Positions 1 to 8,699 of a stretch of 64,000 bases of DNA are shown piece by piece. This stretch comes from a virus (taxonomy: Duplodnaviria; Caudoviricetes), in IMG/VR virus record IMGVR_UViG_3300025707_000006, positions 43,481 through 107,480 of that record; one strand, 5' to 3'. A program made the position numbers and the translations under genes. The number at the start of each line of letters is the position of its first letter. Within the stretch, counting starts at the first letter, position 1. Below the pieces are notes generated by a model. That model was not told where the DNA came from. It searched no databases and was given only the letters and a program-made list of their open reading frames with translations.

Positions 1-45
1 CAATGATATTTTGAGTGAATACCGATCACTATTATAAGGAACAAG

Positions 46-840
46 ATGAATCTACTGATATTTTTAGGACTCTCTTTTCAGTGTATGTTGAACCATATGT
101 CTTATGCGTCCTCTATCCACATAAGACCTGGATGGGATGTGGTTCAATCAAGACCAGCTTCAGAGAGGCAACTTAAGAGGTTTCTAAGAGAACTGACAAA
201 GAACGAAGAAGAATATATTGACCCTCGCATCCTAGCCTTATCTTGGGTTGAGTCTCGTATACGACCAAGAGTACGAAGAGGAGATCGTGGTAAAGCCTGT
301 GGGATGTTTCAAATCCATGCTCGCTACTCTTATCCCATGTTCAGAAGACGAAGGGGATTCAACGGTTGGGTCGAGGAAGAACAAAAAGAGGTGATTGGTA
401 AGGAATGTCGCAAACTCGAATCTATAAGGTACTCTGTAAAGACCGTAGAGAAACTTTTAGGTATGATGGATAAGAGAGACTTACACCCTTGTCATCATAA
501 CAGTGGCTTCTATGGTCGGTGTAATACATGGTATAAACAACGAGTAGATTACTGGACTGCGTACTTTAAATTCGCCAACTTTATATGCAATGAAAGGATA
601 GTGAAGATTATGGCTATGATGAGAACAGGAAATCCCATACCCACAGCACCCGCTACAATGATACAAGGATACCTAGACGCTATGGGAGGTAAAGAACCCC
701 ATAGCGAAGATACGACTTATAAGTCGGGGTATGATCTAGCCAAACTCGTACAAGAGGGGAAGGCTCAAGCACCCTCTTGGGCGACTGAAGACTCAAACAG
801 CACCTCGACAACAAGCGAGGGAACTGAGCGTGAGGGATGA
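46..840 (+). CDS. SLT/lytic transglycosylase-like protein with C-terminal extension
   Basis: Hydrophobic N-terminus; LALSWVES (catalytic Glu-Ser) and downstream GMFQI resemble the SLT ES...GLMQ motifs. Confidence 0.55.
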   Translation: MNLLIFLGLSFQCMLNHMSYASSIHIRPGWDVVQSRPASERQLKRFLRELTKNEEEYIDPRILALSWVESRIRPRVRRGDRGKACGMFQIHARYSYPMFRRRRGFNGWVEEEQKEVIGKECRKLESIRYSVKTVEKLLGMMDKRDLHPCHHNSGFYGRCNTWYKQRVDYWTAYFKFANFICNERIVKIMAMMRTGNPIPTAPATMIQGYLDAMGGKEPHSEDTTYKSGYDLAKLVQEGKAQAPSWATEDSNSTSTTSEGTEREG

Positions 841-1501
841 TTGGATAAGGCAAGGATTAATAGGGACACACCCTATACACCTACCTTATCTAGTATCAAG
901 AGGGGTGAATGAAAGTTGTCTAGTAGATTTCTACTCATGGCAACCCCACACCAATGTTCAATGTCCAAAGTTTAAAGCTAACTTTGGACATTCAGGTGAG
1001 CGTATTAAAGACTCACTCATAATCCCTATTACTTCCCCACGAGGGGAGATCTTAGGGATGGAAACACGCAGGATCAACGAGGACGGGTCTAAAAGAGTAC
1101 ATCAGTACCGAACCCTCAATGCTCAATGGAATCCTTATGCTTTAGGTGCAGAGGAAGGTTTTAAGGCATTGTGGGAACTAGGAGATTTATGGGTTGTTGA
1201 GGGGATCTTTGATAAGATCTCTCTCGATAAGGTCATACCTAGTTGTGATGCCTGTATCTCAACCTTGAGGGCTGGTATGGATGCTATCACAATGGACATG
1301 ATAGAGCGTTTCTACACACCTGCCTCAACCATATACATCTGTTATGATAATGATGAGACAGGTCAGAAGAAATCATATTGGCTTCAGCGTGAGATGAAGA
1401 AGCGAGGTATGAGGGCTGTTATCTGGAAGTATCGAGGGAAAGACCCTAACGATGTGTGGACACAAGGAGGAGATCAAGCTCTAAGGAGAATGTTCCTGTA
1501 A
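830..1501 (+). CDS. DNA primase, Toprim catalytic core (DnaG-like)
   Basis: YLVSRG, LIIPI, VVEGIFD, CYDNDETGQK and KDPND motifs; no Zn-binding or helicase domain. Confidence 0.85.
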   Translation: MRDDWIRQGLIGTHPIHLPYLVSRGVNESCLVDFYSWQPHTNVQCPKFKANFGHSGERIKDSLIIPITSPRGEILGMETRRINEDGSKRVHQYRTLNAQWNPYALGAEEGFKALWELGDLWVVEGIFDKISLDKVIPSCDACISTLRAGMDAITMDMIERFYTPASTIYICYDNDETGQKKSYWLQREMKKRGMRAVIWKYRGKDPNDVWTQGGDQALRRMFL

Positions 1502-2775
1502 TCTTCTTCAATATCTCTTACTTCTAAATCCATGATTGCGTAAGAAAGCCCATCAACACCTCTCTTACTTTCATTTAGATTTATAGTAAAGTGTTTAGTT
1601 CCTGTTGTGATGTCCTCATCTTCTTCATTCTCAAAATATTCAATAACACATTGAATGTCCAAACGAAAATCTTCTTCATCGAAGAAAATCTTATCCCTTT
1701 CGAGATAATAATCGGAAAGCTCATATACCTCTCTACCTAGTTCAGTGCTTATCCACCTATCCACAACCTTAATCAAATGTTTTAATGCTTTCCCACTTCT
1801 ATCTATTAAGTTAAGATTAATCGCCTTACGAGCGTTACCGTAGGATTGTTTTTCGAGTCTTGCGATCCTCATCTCAAGAGGATTAATGATTTCTGATGCT
1901 GATCTTCGGTTAGAGGTACTTTTCAGATGTTTTACCACTTCTTTACGATCATGCTTTCCATCTACACTCCCTACTTCAACCCCGACAGGTTTTGCATCGG
2001 GAGAGCTAAAGTAAATGTAAGCCAAAAAGTGTTCATCAACCATACCCTTCTCTTCACAAAAGTCATCATAGCATATTTCTTTCTTTTGACCCTTATCAAT
2101 CAAAAGCTCATAAAGACCCTGCTCGGATTTGATTTGCACAGCTTTGAGAATCTTTGGTCTGCTTTTGAAACCTTTGATAAATTTGGCTCTTTCAGCGGCT
2201 TTAATGACTTCTGTCTCCGTTAAACCAAAAGAGTCTTTTACCCATCTTTGAGAGAAGAAGTCTTTAACATCTTTAAAGTTAAATGCTTGTTTTTCAAGTC
2301 TAGCGATACGACCCTGTTTACGAAGCCTATCTCGCTCTTGGTTGACCATTTTTTGATGCTCCTCTACTTCTTTACGAGCACTCTCTTGACCTACACGATA
2401 AATAACTTGATCAACGACTCGTTTAATGAAGTTTCTTTCGCTCATCTTTGAGTCATTTGCACCACTCAGTTCAAAGTCTACTTGTCTAAAGTCTCTGTTT
2501 CCACCTGTGATCTTGTACTCAGCAGTATCTTTCCCTTCTCTTTTTAGAGAGACTTGGTACACCTCACCTTCAAATTTGAACTTCCCTGATAACCGATTGT
2601 CCTTATCCATTTTCACATCAGAATTGACTGCTCTGTTGTCTTTTAGTCCTTTTAAAAACCACCCATGTACCGTATCTAGGGGGTTTTTTTCAAAAAGTCC
2701 AAAGATTGCTTGTTTTTCAAGACGAGCAATCCTCATCTGAAGGTTATTAATAATTTCACTGGCAGATCTTCTCAT
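1474..2775 (-). CDS. tagged polyprotein with three RIARLEKQ leader copies (putative internal virion protein)
   Basis: ATG 2775 after GGAG; MRRSASEIINNLQMRIARLEKQA, internal GRIARLEKQA and RRSASEIINPLEMRIARLEKQS. Confidence 0.75.
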   Translation of the reverse strand: MRRSASEIINNLQMRIARLEKQAIFGLFEKNPLDTVHGWFLKGLKDNRAVNSDVKMDKDNRLSGKFKFEGEVYQVSLKREGKDTAEYKITGGNRDFRQVDFELSGANDSKMSERNFIKRVVDQVIYRVGQESARKEVEEHQKMVNQERDRLRKQGRIARLEKQAFNFKDVKDFFSQRWVKDSFGLTETEVIKAAERAKFIKGFKSRPKILKAVQIKSEQGLYELLIDKGQKKEICYDDFCEEKGMVDEHFLAYIYFSSPDAKPVGVEVGSVDGKHDRKEVVKHLKSTSNRRSASEIINPLEMRIARLEKQSYGNARKAINLNLIDRSGKALKHLIKVVDRWISTELGREVYELSDYYLERDKIFFDEEDFRLDIQCVIEYFENEEDEDITTGTKHFTINLNESKRGVDGLSYAIMDLEVRDIEEDYRNILLRA

Positions 2776-2841
2776 AATGGTTCTCCATTTGATTAAGGTT
2801 AGACTGATCACTTATGAGAACCTATAAATAAACTATTAAAG
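2707..2841 (-). repeat. promoter-RBS-leader cassette, copy 1
   Basis: CTTTAATAGTTTATTTATAGGTTCTCATAAGTGATCAGTCTAACCTTAATCAAATGGAGAACCATTATGAGAAGATCTGC; near-identical to copies ending at 8670 and 9155. Confidence 0.9.
2824..2838 (-). promoter_or_regulatory. class A (late-type) motif TAATAGTTTATTTAT
   Basis: Intergenic, ~50 nt upstream of ATG; recurs co-oriented upstream of many genes. Confidence 0.7.
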
Positions 2842-3174
2842 TCACCACCATGAGAGGTAAACGATCTCATACCCATCGTCTATTGCCTGTATAGCCGATT
2901 CTATGAACCTCCCTGTTTGAGTCTCCTCATATTTGCCACTCACTCCCCAAAAAGACCCTTTCGCTGTTTGTAAATTTTGATATTCATCTTTGAGTCTTAA
3001 CAAGTCATCTTTGTCTAGGGAAAGCTCAACGCAGTTGAAACTCTCAGCGTTACCTCCTTTGGCATAGTATAACTCAGACATCCAGCCTTCAAGGTTGGCG
3101 TGTTTACGCCACTGTATGATGTAGGTGTCTTCTTCGTCTTGTCGTCTTGTGAACGCATATTGATCTAATCCCAT
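2842..3174 (-). CDS. conserved phage hypothetical protein (MGLDQY...WRKH type)
   Basis: ORF with GAGGAG SD; motif pattern common in phage small proteins. Confidence 0.75.
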   Translation of the reverse strand: MGLDQYAFTRRQDEEDTYIIQWRKHANLEGWMSELYYAKGGNAESFNCVELSLDKDDLLRLKDEYQNLQTAKGSFWGVSGKYEETQTGRFIESAIQAIDDGYEIVYLSWW

Positions 3175-3190
3175 TTATTGCTCCTCTGTG

Positions 3191-3451
3191 TTATGGTTCA
3201 TTTCTATCAAAGTATTTGGGTAAGTCTATGATCTCGATAACTAAGATACCCTCTTGATCCGTAGTTAAACCCAAGCGTTTTGAGGGGTCATAAGCCTCAA
3301 CCAAATGGTACTCTTTTTCAGGTCTGCTCATGTCGTAGTAAAGGCTTATTCCGTATCCGTCATAGGTCTTTGCTAGCCAGCTATAGTTGTGTTGACCATT
3401 GGGTTTTGGGTCTTTGCCTATCAGATAGCTGATAGTTTCGATCTCTCTCAT
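3191..3451 (-). CDS. hypothetical protein
   Basis: ORF, GGAGG SD before MREIE. Confidence 0.6.
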   Translation of the reverse strand: MREIETISYLIGKDPKPNGQHNYSWLAKTYDGYGISLYYDMSRPEKEYHLVEAYDPSKRLGLTTDQEGILVIEIIDLPKYFDRNEP

Positions 3452-3525
3452 GATGACCTCCAAGTTTTCACTAAGGCGACAATAATAGCCACCTCAATGA
3501 GTCCACAGATTAAAGCGTATGCCAT

Positions 3526-3888
3526 TTATTTGTCCTTTCGAGTCCAAGAGCCTGTCCAACTAGACTCTGTTGAGTTAAAGCCCCATTGGGGTGTTCCCAA
3601 AACAGGTGCAGGAGCTACGGTTTTACCGAGAGCTTTACGCTCCACCTCCCAAGACGATGCTCCTGTCTCATCACAGATGTACTTGAAGCTCACATAGCGA
3701 TGCTTTTGACCCTTCTTGATGTTGAACTTAGGGTGGTCTTTACGAGCGACCACCACTTTGTTAACAAAGGTGGCGTACCAATAACCATCCTCGTACTCGT
3801 ACCCACTACAAGTGAGATGACCACGATTCAAGCCGTCATAACCTTCTTCAGCCATGTAGTCGTTGTATCTGTCCATTGCTAAACTCAT
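3526..3888 (-). CDS. hypothetical protein (early-type)
   Basis: AAGGAG SD before MSLAM; class B motif upstream. Confidence 0.7.
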   Translation of the reverse strand: MSLAMDRYNDYMAEEGYDGLNRGHLTCSGYEYEDGYWYATFVNKVVVARKDHPKFNIKKGQKHRYVSFKYICDETGASSWEVERKALGKTVAPAPVLGTPQWGFNSTESSWTGSWTRKDK

Positions 3889-3940
3889 GTTGTTCTCCTT
3901 AGTGGAGTCTTGGTTGATGAGGTTCATTCCTCATGTAGTC

Positions 3941-3958
3941 TTATAGATAAGGGGTTAC
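3941..3958 (-). promoter_or_regulatory. class B motif GTAACCCCTTATCTATAA
   Basis: Recurrent motif upstream of small accessory genes. Confidence 0.6.
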
Positions 3959-3969
3959 AGTTTCACCCC

Positions 3970-4530
3970 TTAGTCCTCATCTTCCTCCTCTCGCTCCTGC
4001 TCCTCACGATCAGCGGTACACCATTTACAAAGAGCTTCATCATGGTATTCGTACTCGCTGATCTCATTCCCACAGTCCTCACACTCGTACTCCTCTTCGG
4101 GATCAGTCTCGATCTCAAGAGCACCCTCTGAGGTGTAGAAGGTGAAAGTACCATCATAGTAGTCAGCTCTACTAACTTGATCTTTTGTCATGGACACTGC
4201 TTTGACCCCACTGTCTTTGAGTTTCTCTTGGACTACCTCGTCCTCGATAAGCTCGACAGGGATTGCCCCAATGAGTCCTGCGTCAACAGGATAAGAGCGT
4301 CCGTCAGACCCCACATAAAATCCATCGCCATGAGCTGTGGAATGCACAAAGATGGGATGACCCATGTAAGTGAGGTGTCCGTCAAAGTCCTCTTTGGACT
4401 CTGCCTTTTCAAGATCCTCGCAGAAGTTATTAACCCAAAGAGCATCGTTAGTCGCCCCTCCTGCCTCGATGGTGTGGAGGAAATAACAAGGATCTCCGAT
4501 AAAGTGTGTTGGTGTTGGTGTCGCAGTCAT
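3970..4530 (-). CDS. conserved phage protein (IGDPCY/GDG/VDAGLIG) with C-terminal Cys4 ribbon and acidic tail
   Basis: FIGDPCY, TAHGDG and PVDAGLIG motifs; CEDC...CKWC; GGAG SD before MTATP. Confidence 0.7.
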   Translation of the reverse strand: MTATPTPTHFIGDPCYFLHTIEAGGATNDALWVNNFCEDLEKAESKEDFDGHLTYMGHPIFVHSTAHGDGFYVGSDGRSYPVDAGLIGAIPVELIEDEVVQEKLKDSGVKAVSMTKDQVSRADYYDGTFTFYTSEGALEIETDPEEEYECEDCGNEISEYEYHDEALCKWCTADREEQEREEEDED

Positions 4531-4579
4531 TTTTATTCTCCGTTTGGGGGAGTGATGAGGTAGTGATTCTGCCTCCATA

Positions 4580-4813
4580 CTAGGCAATAGATAAGGGGTT
4601 ACAATCACACATTCGGGATTGGTTCTCCATATATAGACGAGCAGACTTAGAGATCTCAACGACATCAATCCTTGCTGTCTTTAAGTGGTTTGCTTGATCC
4701 ACCTTCTCGGCTTCGATTTCTGCCACGATGCGTAGCGAATATACCTTCTCTACCTTGCCTTTGTGCGTGTAGTAGAGTGGCTGTCCTGTAGCTTTATTCT
4801 GAACATAATACAT
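4580..4813 (-). CDS. hypothetical protein
   Basis: ORF starting MYYVQNK; AGGGG upstream. Confidence 0.5.
   Translation of the reverse strand: MYYVQNKATGQPLYYTHKGKVEKVYSLRIVAEIEAEKVDQANHLKTARIDVVEISKSARLYMENQSRMCDCNPLSIA
4587..4602 (-). promoter_or_regulatory. class B motif GTAACCCCTTATCTAT
   Basis: Same core as 3941-3958 and 15912-15929. Confidence 0.6.
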
Positions 4814-4817
4814 AACT

Positions 4818-4835
4818 GTAACCCCTAACCTATAA
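4818..4835 (+). promoter_or_regulatory. class B motif variant GTAACCCCTAACCTATAA
   Basis: Upstream of the 4941 operon. Confidence 0.5.
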
Positions 4836-4940
4836 GAGATTGTGAGCGATCTCACTTGAAAGGATATTATACATGAAAATCTTAGAACAGAATAATATAA
4901 CTACACTATCCATCAACCAAGACTCCATGAAAGGGGTAGC

Positions 4941-6152
4941 ATGAATCAGAACACATTTGTTATAGGAGGTGAATCTAAGTTCGCCTCTAAGTTTGTTGAA
5001 CGCCTTAACAAACGCTTTGGTGATGAGTTGAAACTCATCATATCTAATCACAAGACATGGGATCAATCAGGAGATCGCAGAGAGGACATCCCCTCTGGCA
5101 CCGACTTGGTTCTTGTCCTCAAGTCCAACTGCAACCACTCTTTACGAAACTGGGCAAAACAAGAGACCCTAAAAGAGGACATCAAGTTCATCGAATGTTC
5201 ACACAAGACTGCCATAGCTGAGATGGACATAAGACACTGTTATCAACTACCCATGAATACAAACCTTGATACGACTCAAGAAGAACTTGATCTGTATGAG
5301 ACTTGGGGTAGTTTCTTGGGTGAGCGTATCTTTATCCTTCCCCTTCTCGGCATGGAAGACGAAGGAATCTTTAATGGAAGAGATGCTTATGAGCGTATGC
5401 CTTGGGTGAAGACAGGTAAGAAAAAGATGGTAGCCAAGTGGGATCGTCTTTGGGTGTCTTACTCGAAGGATAGCTCGGAGGGTCTTCGTGCGATTCTCAA
5501 TCGTGTTGCGAAAACTGAGGGTAGAAAAGCAACTCTTGAACCTCTCCATTTAATGAATAAGGGTAAGTCTCCTTACTTCAAACTCATTGAGATCTTTAAG
5601 TCCTTTAAAGATGGTAGCTTAGGTCGAGGTCAAGTAAATATGGTCGCTGATCAATGGGTTCGTGATGCGTATCTTGGCACAAACCTAAGAGACTTTCAAA
5701 GCAAGTCCAATCTCAAATATGCCTTAAACTTAATCTTTGGTGCAGGTCTTGATGGGTTATCGCCCGAAACCTTAGAGGTCGTAGAAGAACACTTCCCTAA
5801 GCGTGGTAGACCAAAGGCTAAGAAGAGTTTGAAGACATCCACTCCAGTGGTTGAAACTACAGAGCAGGATCAAAACGAGACTCTAACCCCTATCCTTACT
5901 CAAGAGGATTGGGATGACTATGTGGCACAAAACCCAATCATCGAAGAGGAGATTGAGCAACCTGTTGAACAACCTGTATCGGTAGACTCTCATGTACTTC
6001 TTGGTACTCTTAAACTCACACCTAACGATAATGTGATCTGTATTGGTGAGGTACATCTTGAGGGGGATGTTCACATTTATGGTGACATCTCTCTTGAAGT
6101 TGATCGCATTGAAAATAACACCCTATATGGTGTTAAAATCAAGAAAGGCTAA
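4941..6152 (+). CDS. DUF2325-like N-terminal domain protein; C-terminal part paralogous to next gene
   Basis: FVIGG...DLVLVLKSNCNHSL resembles DUF2325. Confidence 0.6.
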   Translation: MNQNTFVIGGESKFASKFVERLNKRFGDELKLIISNHKTWDQSGDRREDIPSGTDLVLVLKSNCNHSLRNWAKQETLKEDIKFIECSHKTAIAEMDIRHCYQLPMNTNLDTTQEELDLYETWGSFLGERIFILPLLGMEDEGIFNGRDAYERMPWVKTGKKKMVAKWDRLWVSYSKDSSEGLRAILNRVAKTEGRKATLEPLHLMNKGKSPYFKLIEIFKSFKDGSLGRGQVNMVADQWVRDAYLGTNLRDFQSKSNLKYALNLIFGAGLDGLSPETLEVVEEHFPKRGRPKAKKSLKTSTPVVETTEQDQNETLTPILTQEDWDDYVAQNPIIEEEIEQPVEQPVSVDSHVLLGTLKLTPNDNVICIGEVHLEGDVHIYGDISLEVDRIENNTLYGVKIKKG

Positions 6153-6156
6153 ATGA

Positions 6157-6741
6157 ATGAAATTGTCGTCAATGGCGAAACTAATTTTACTGGACCCCAT
6201 GAAGTTCCTTGATCTCGATCATGGACAAAAGAACCCAGTAGATGCAAAGCACATTTGGACTGTTAAACACGAACAGGACAGTGCTGTCAGCGAAGGACTC
6301 TTTGTTGACGCACTAAAGTCTATCCGTAAGTTTGCTTCACAAAGGGGAGGCAAAGGTGAAGAAAAAGCCCTTATCCATAGATCCATTATCGAATACTCTG
6401 ACCTTGTGTGGTCTAGGTTCGGTTCAGTTAATCAACTGAACTATCACCTCAAGGGTCTTTACGGTTGTGAACTGCCGAAAGTGTTTAGAGACCATATGCG
6501 ACATCTTTTCTCAAATGCTCCTCAAGACACCATCGAAGAAGACCCGATTGAGGAGGTCTTAGAAGATCAGCCAAACATCTCACAAATCAGCCTTTGTGGT
6601 GTGAGTTTCAATCTCACCACAGGGTCTAGTCTCATCATCGGTGAACTGGCTACGAAGTCGCTCAATTTGAAAGGGATGAGGTCGATTAATATCGACAAGG
6701 TGTCTGAGGGTCGTTTGTTTGGGGTTAGCCTTAAAGCCTAA
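6157..6741 (+). CDS. hypothetical protein, partial paralog of 4941..6152
   Basis: Shared FxSxxxLxYxL block, acidic linker and terminal LxGVxxK. Confidence 0.65.
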   Translation: MKLSSMAKLILLDPMKFLDLDHGQKNPVDAKHIWTVKHEQDSAVSEGLFVDALKSIRKFASQRGGKGEEKALIHRSIIEYSDLVWSRFGSVNQLNYHLKGLYGCELPKVFRDHMRHLFSNAPQDTIEEDPIEEVLEDQPNISQISLCGVSFNLTTGSSLIIGELATKSLNLKGMRSINIDKVSEGRLFGVSLKA

Positions 6742-6822
6742 GACTATCTTATGTGTCTCGGTTTCGTATACAGAGTAGTCGGGGTCTACCTCTTTAATAG
6801 CAAAAACCTGTCGAGTGGACGC

Positions 6823-7278
6823 TTAGTATTCCTTACCTTTGGGTTCTTTTGTGATGTCTCTACGCCTATCTTTTAAACCCGCTTCACTAGCTTGAAGAAC
6901 TAAGAATTTTTGAATGTCTCTCTTAGGGATATTTTTGTCTACACCAGTAGCTGTGACAACCGCAAACAGATCTGCCATCGAATTTTTATGCTCTCCTTGC
7001 TGATACAAATTCATTGCCACTGATACTTTAATTTTATCACCATTATGTTCAATAATGGCTGTGTTCTTTGAACCCATGCCTAGCCTTTTTTGTATTTCTG
7101 CGTACCCTATCCCATACATAGGGTTACCATGAAACCAAAGTGATGCGGTATCAAACTTGGGCCTCTTTTTTTGTTCTCTTTCAGGTTCTTTAAATAAGTC
7201 CAAGATAGCACCTAAAAAACCTTCTTTTTGCATATATCTGTACGCAACTCTACTAGCCATCTTATTACGAGTTCTCAT
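6823..7278 (-). CDS. tagged hypothetical protein (MASRVAYRYMQKEG leader)
   Basis: Basic RVA-type leader; class A motif at 7319-7333. Confidence 0.7.
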   Translation of the reverse strand: MRTRNKMASRVAYRYMQKEGFLGAILDLFKEPEREQKKRPKFDTASLWFHGNPMYGIGYAEIQKRLGMGSKNTAIIEHNGDKIKVSVAMNLYQQGEHKNSMADLFAVVTATGVDKNIPKRDIQKFLVLQASEAGLKDRRRDITKEPKGKEY

Positions 7279-7318
7279 GGTTTATTTCCTTTGTCTGAGA
7301 GTCTCTATATGACTGCCT

Positions 7319-7333
7319 ATAAAAGAACTATTA
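7319..7333 (-). promoter_or_regulatory. class A motif variant TAATAGTTCTTTTAT
   Basis: Intergenic, co-oriented with downstream gene. Confidence 0.6.
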
Positions 7334-7336
7334 CAC

Positions 7337-7888
7337 TTAGTCCCAATCCTCCCAATCATCCTCTTCTTCCAAAGAAGGGTAAGACTCATTGTCCTTAATA
7401 TCGTTCTCTACCTCAGTAACACCTTTAAAGGCACTCGAACCCCAAATACAACCACTACCTACATCCCAAGGGTAGTACCAATGGACTCTCAGTCTCTCAC
7501 TCGATTGAAAGGGGCAGATTTCTATACCATCATAATCTTTTGAGACAGCAACCCAATCTATCGCATCTTCCCCACCTATTTCTATGCCATACTTCCCTGT
7601 AAACATCCATAATTCTTGTTTTATTCGTATTACACACATACGATTAAGATTTACTTCAAGTAAATATTTATGTTGGTATCCCGAAGCCCAACTAGGGTTC
7701 CGACTTTGCACCCACTCTTTCCAATCCTTATCGCAAGCATACCAAAGACCCTTTGGTTTTTGGAGGGCACTTATAGTCTTGTCCTGTCGAACATTCCGAA
7801 ATGACCCCATTGGTCTTGGAGAATACACCATACGATCATAGCTTTTCGCTTGAATGTGTAGAGTTGCGATTTTTCTGATTACATCCAT
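7337..7888 (-). CDS. conserved viral protein (KPxGLWY...YDGI...WDVxSG) with basic leader
   Basis: Motif pattern; leader IRKIATLHIQAK; class A variant TGTAGTTCCTTTAT at 7923-7936. Confidence 0.7.
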   Translation of the reverse strand: MDVIRKIATLHIQAKSYDRMVYSPRPMGSFRNVRQDKTISALQKPKGLWYACDKDWKEWVQSRNPSWASGYQHKYLLEVNLNRMCVIRIKQELWMFTGKYGIEIGGEDAIDWVAVSKDYDGIEICPFQSSERLRVHWYYPWDVGSGCIWGSSAFKGVTEVENDIKDNESYPSLEEEDDWEDWD

Positions 7889-7939
7889 GATACTCTCCTA
7901 TATAATATATGTAAGAGATTAGATAAAGGAACTACAAAT

Positions 7940-8284
7940 ATGAGTGAATGGGTCGTATATGTCATCCAGAGTCAGCAGATCAGACGCTCTGCTAAGACAG
8001 GTAAAGAACTACCTGGTTTCTTCTATGTAGGTTGCACCACAGATGTTAACCGTAGGCTGAGACAGCATCAGGGTTTCATCAAAGGAGGCGGGAAATACAC
8101 TGCAAAGCACCGACCTTGGAAGCTCATGTGTACTTATGGCACATACGCTAATAGATCAGAAGCCATGAAAGCTGAGATGGCTCTAAAGAAAAAGCGTGGT
8201 AAGGCTAGGCTCTATTGGACAGAGCAAGAGTCTAAATGGTGTCGAGGTCGTAAAGAAATAGGACTTAAAAACGACTGTATTTAG
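7940..8284 (+). CDS. GIY-YIG endonuclease (Slx1-like)
   Basis: VYVIQS...FYVGCTTDVNRRLRQHQG..KGGGKYT..HRPW; AMKAE. Confidence 0.9.
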   Translation: MSEWVVYVIQSQQIRRSAKTGKELPGFFYVGCTTDVNRRLRQHQGFIKGGGKYTAKHRPWKLMCTYGTYANRSEAMKAEMALKKKRGKARLYWTEQESKWCRGRKEIGLKNDCI

Positions 8285-8603
8285 CTATGTCTGAATCCAT
8301 CTGTTCATTCATCATCCCATGAGGCGGGTTTCCAATATCTAAAGCGTCACCCGTAGATGTTGTCATAAGAATATGATGATACTTTGAGTAGTTTATTTCT
8401 ACACCATTAGAAAGAGAGATAGAAACCATCTCTCGACCTGTAGGGTCCTTCCCTCTTTGCACATCAACAACATTTCTGTTTGATAGTTTTTGCTCGGCAA
8501 GATCGTGAACATAACGCAGATCTACGGCCTCACTAGCAAACCTTTCAAGTTTCGCAATCCTAGTCTCAAGGTTTCTAAGGATTTCTGATGCAGATCTTCT
8601 CAT
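8265..8603 (-). CDS. tagged hypothetical protein (RRSASE leader)
   Basis: MRRSASEILRNLETRIAKLERFAS. Confidence 0.8.
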   Translation of the reverse strand: MRRSASEILRNLETRIAKLERFASEAVDLRYVHDLAEQKLSNRNVVDVQRGKDPTGREMVSISLSNGVEINYSKYHHILMTTSTGDALDIGNPPHGMMNEQMDSDIAKYSRF

Positions 8604-8670
8604 AAGGGTTTCTCCATTTGATTAAGGTTAAGATGATCACTTAAGAGAACCTATAAATAAACTATTAAAG
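8535..8670 (-). repeat. promoter-RBS-leader cassette, copy 2
   Basis: CTTTAATAGTTTATTTATAGGTTCTCTTAAGTGATCATCTTAACCTTAATCAAATGGAGAAACCCTTATGAGAAGATCTGC. Confidence 0.9.
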
Positions 8671-8699
8671 TTATGGTGTCGAGGTAGAGAACCTAGATT

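Noticed and set aside
2776-2811. Conserved N-terminal peptide MISLTLxKWRT (also at 9090-9125)
   Set aside because: It is the translated 5' UTR and SD (TGGAGA gives WR); the frame is not kept in the 8603 copy, so the true starts are at MRRSASE.
2823-2830. TATAAATA as a T4-type late promoter
   Set aside because: It lies on the strand opposite to the downstream genes, and many copies of the motif lack it; the conserved element is TAG-N5-TTAT in gene orientation.
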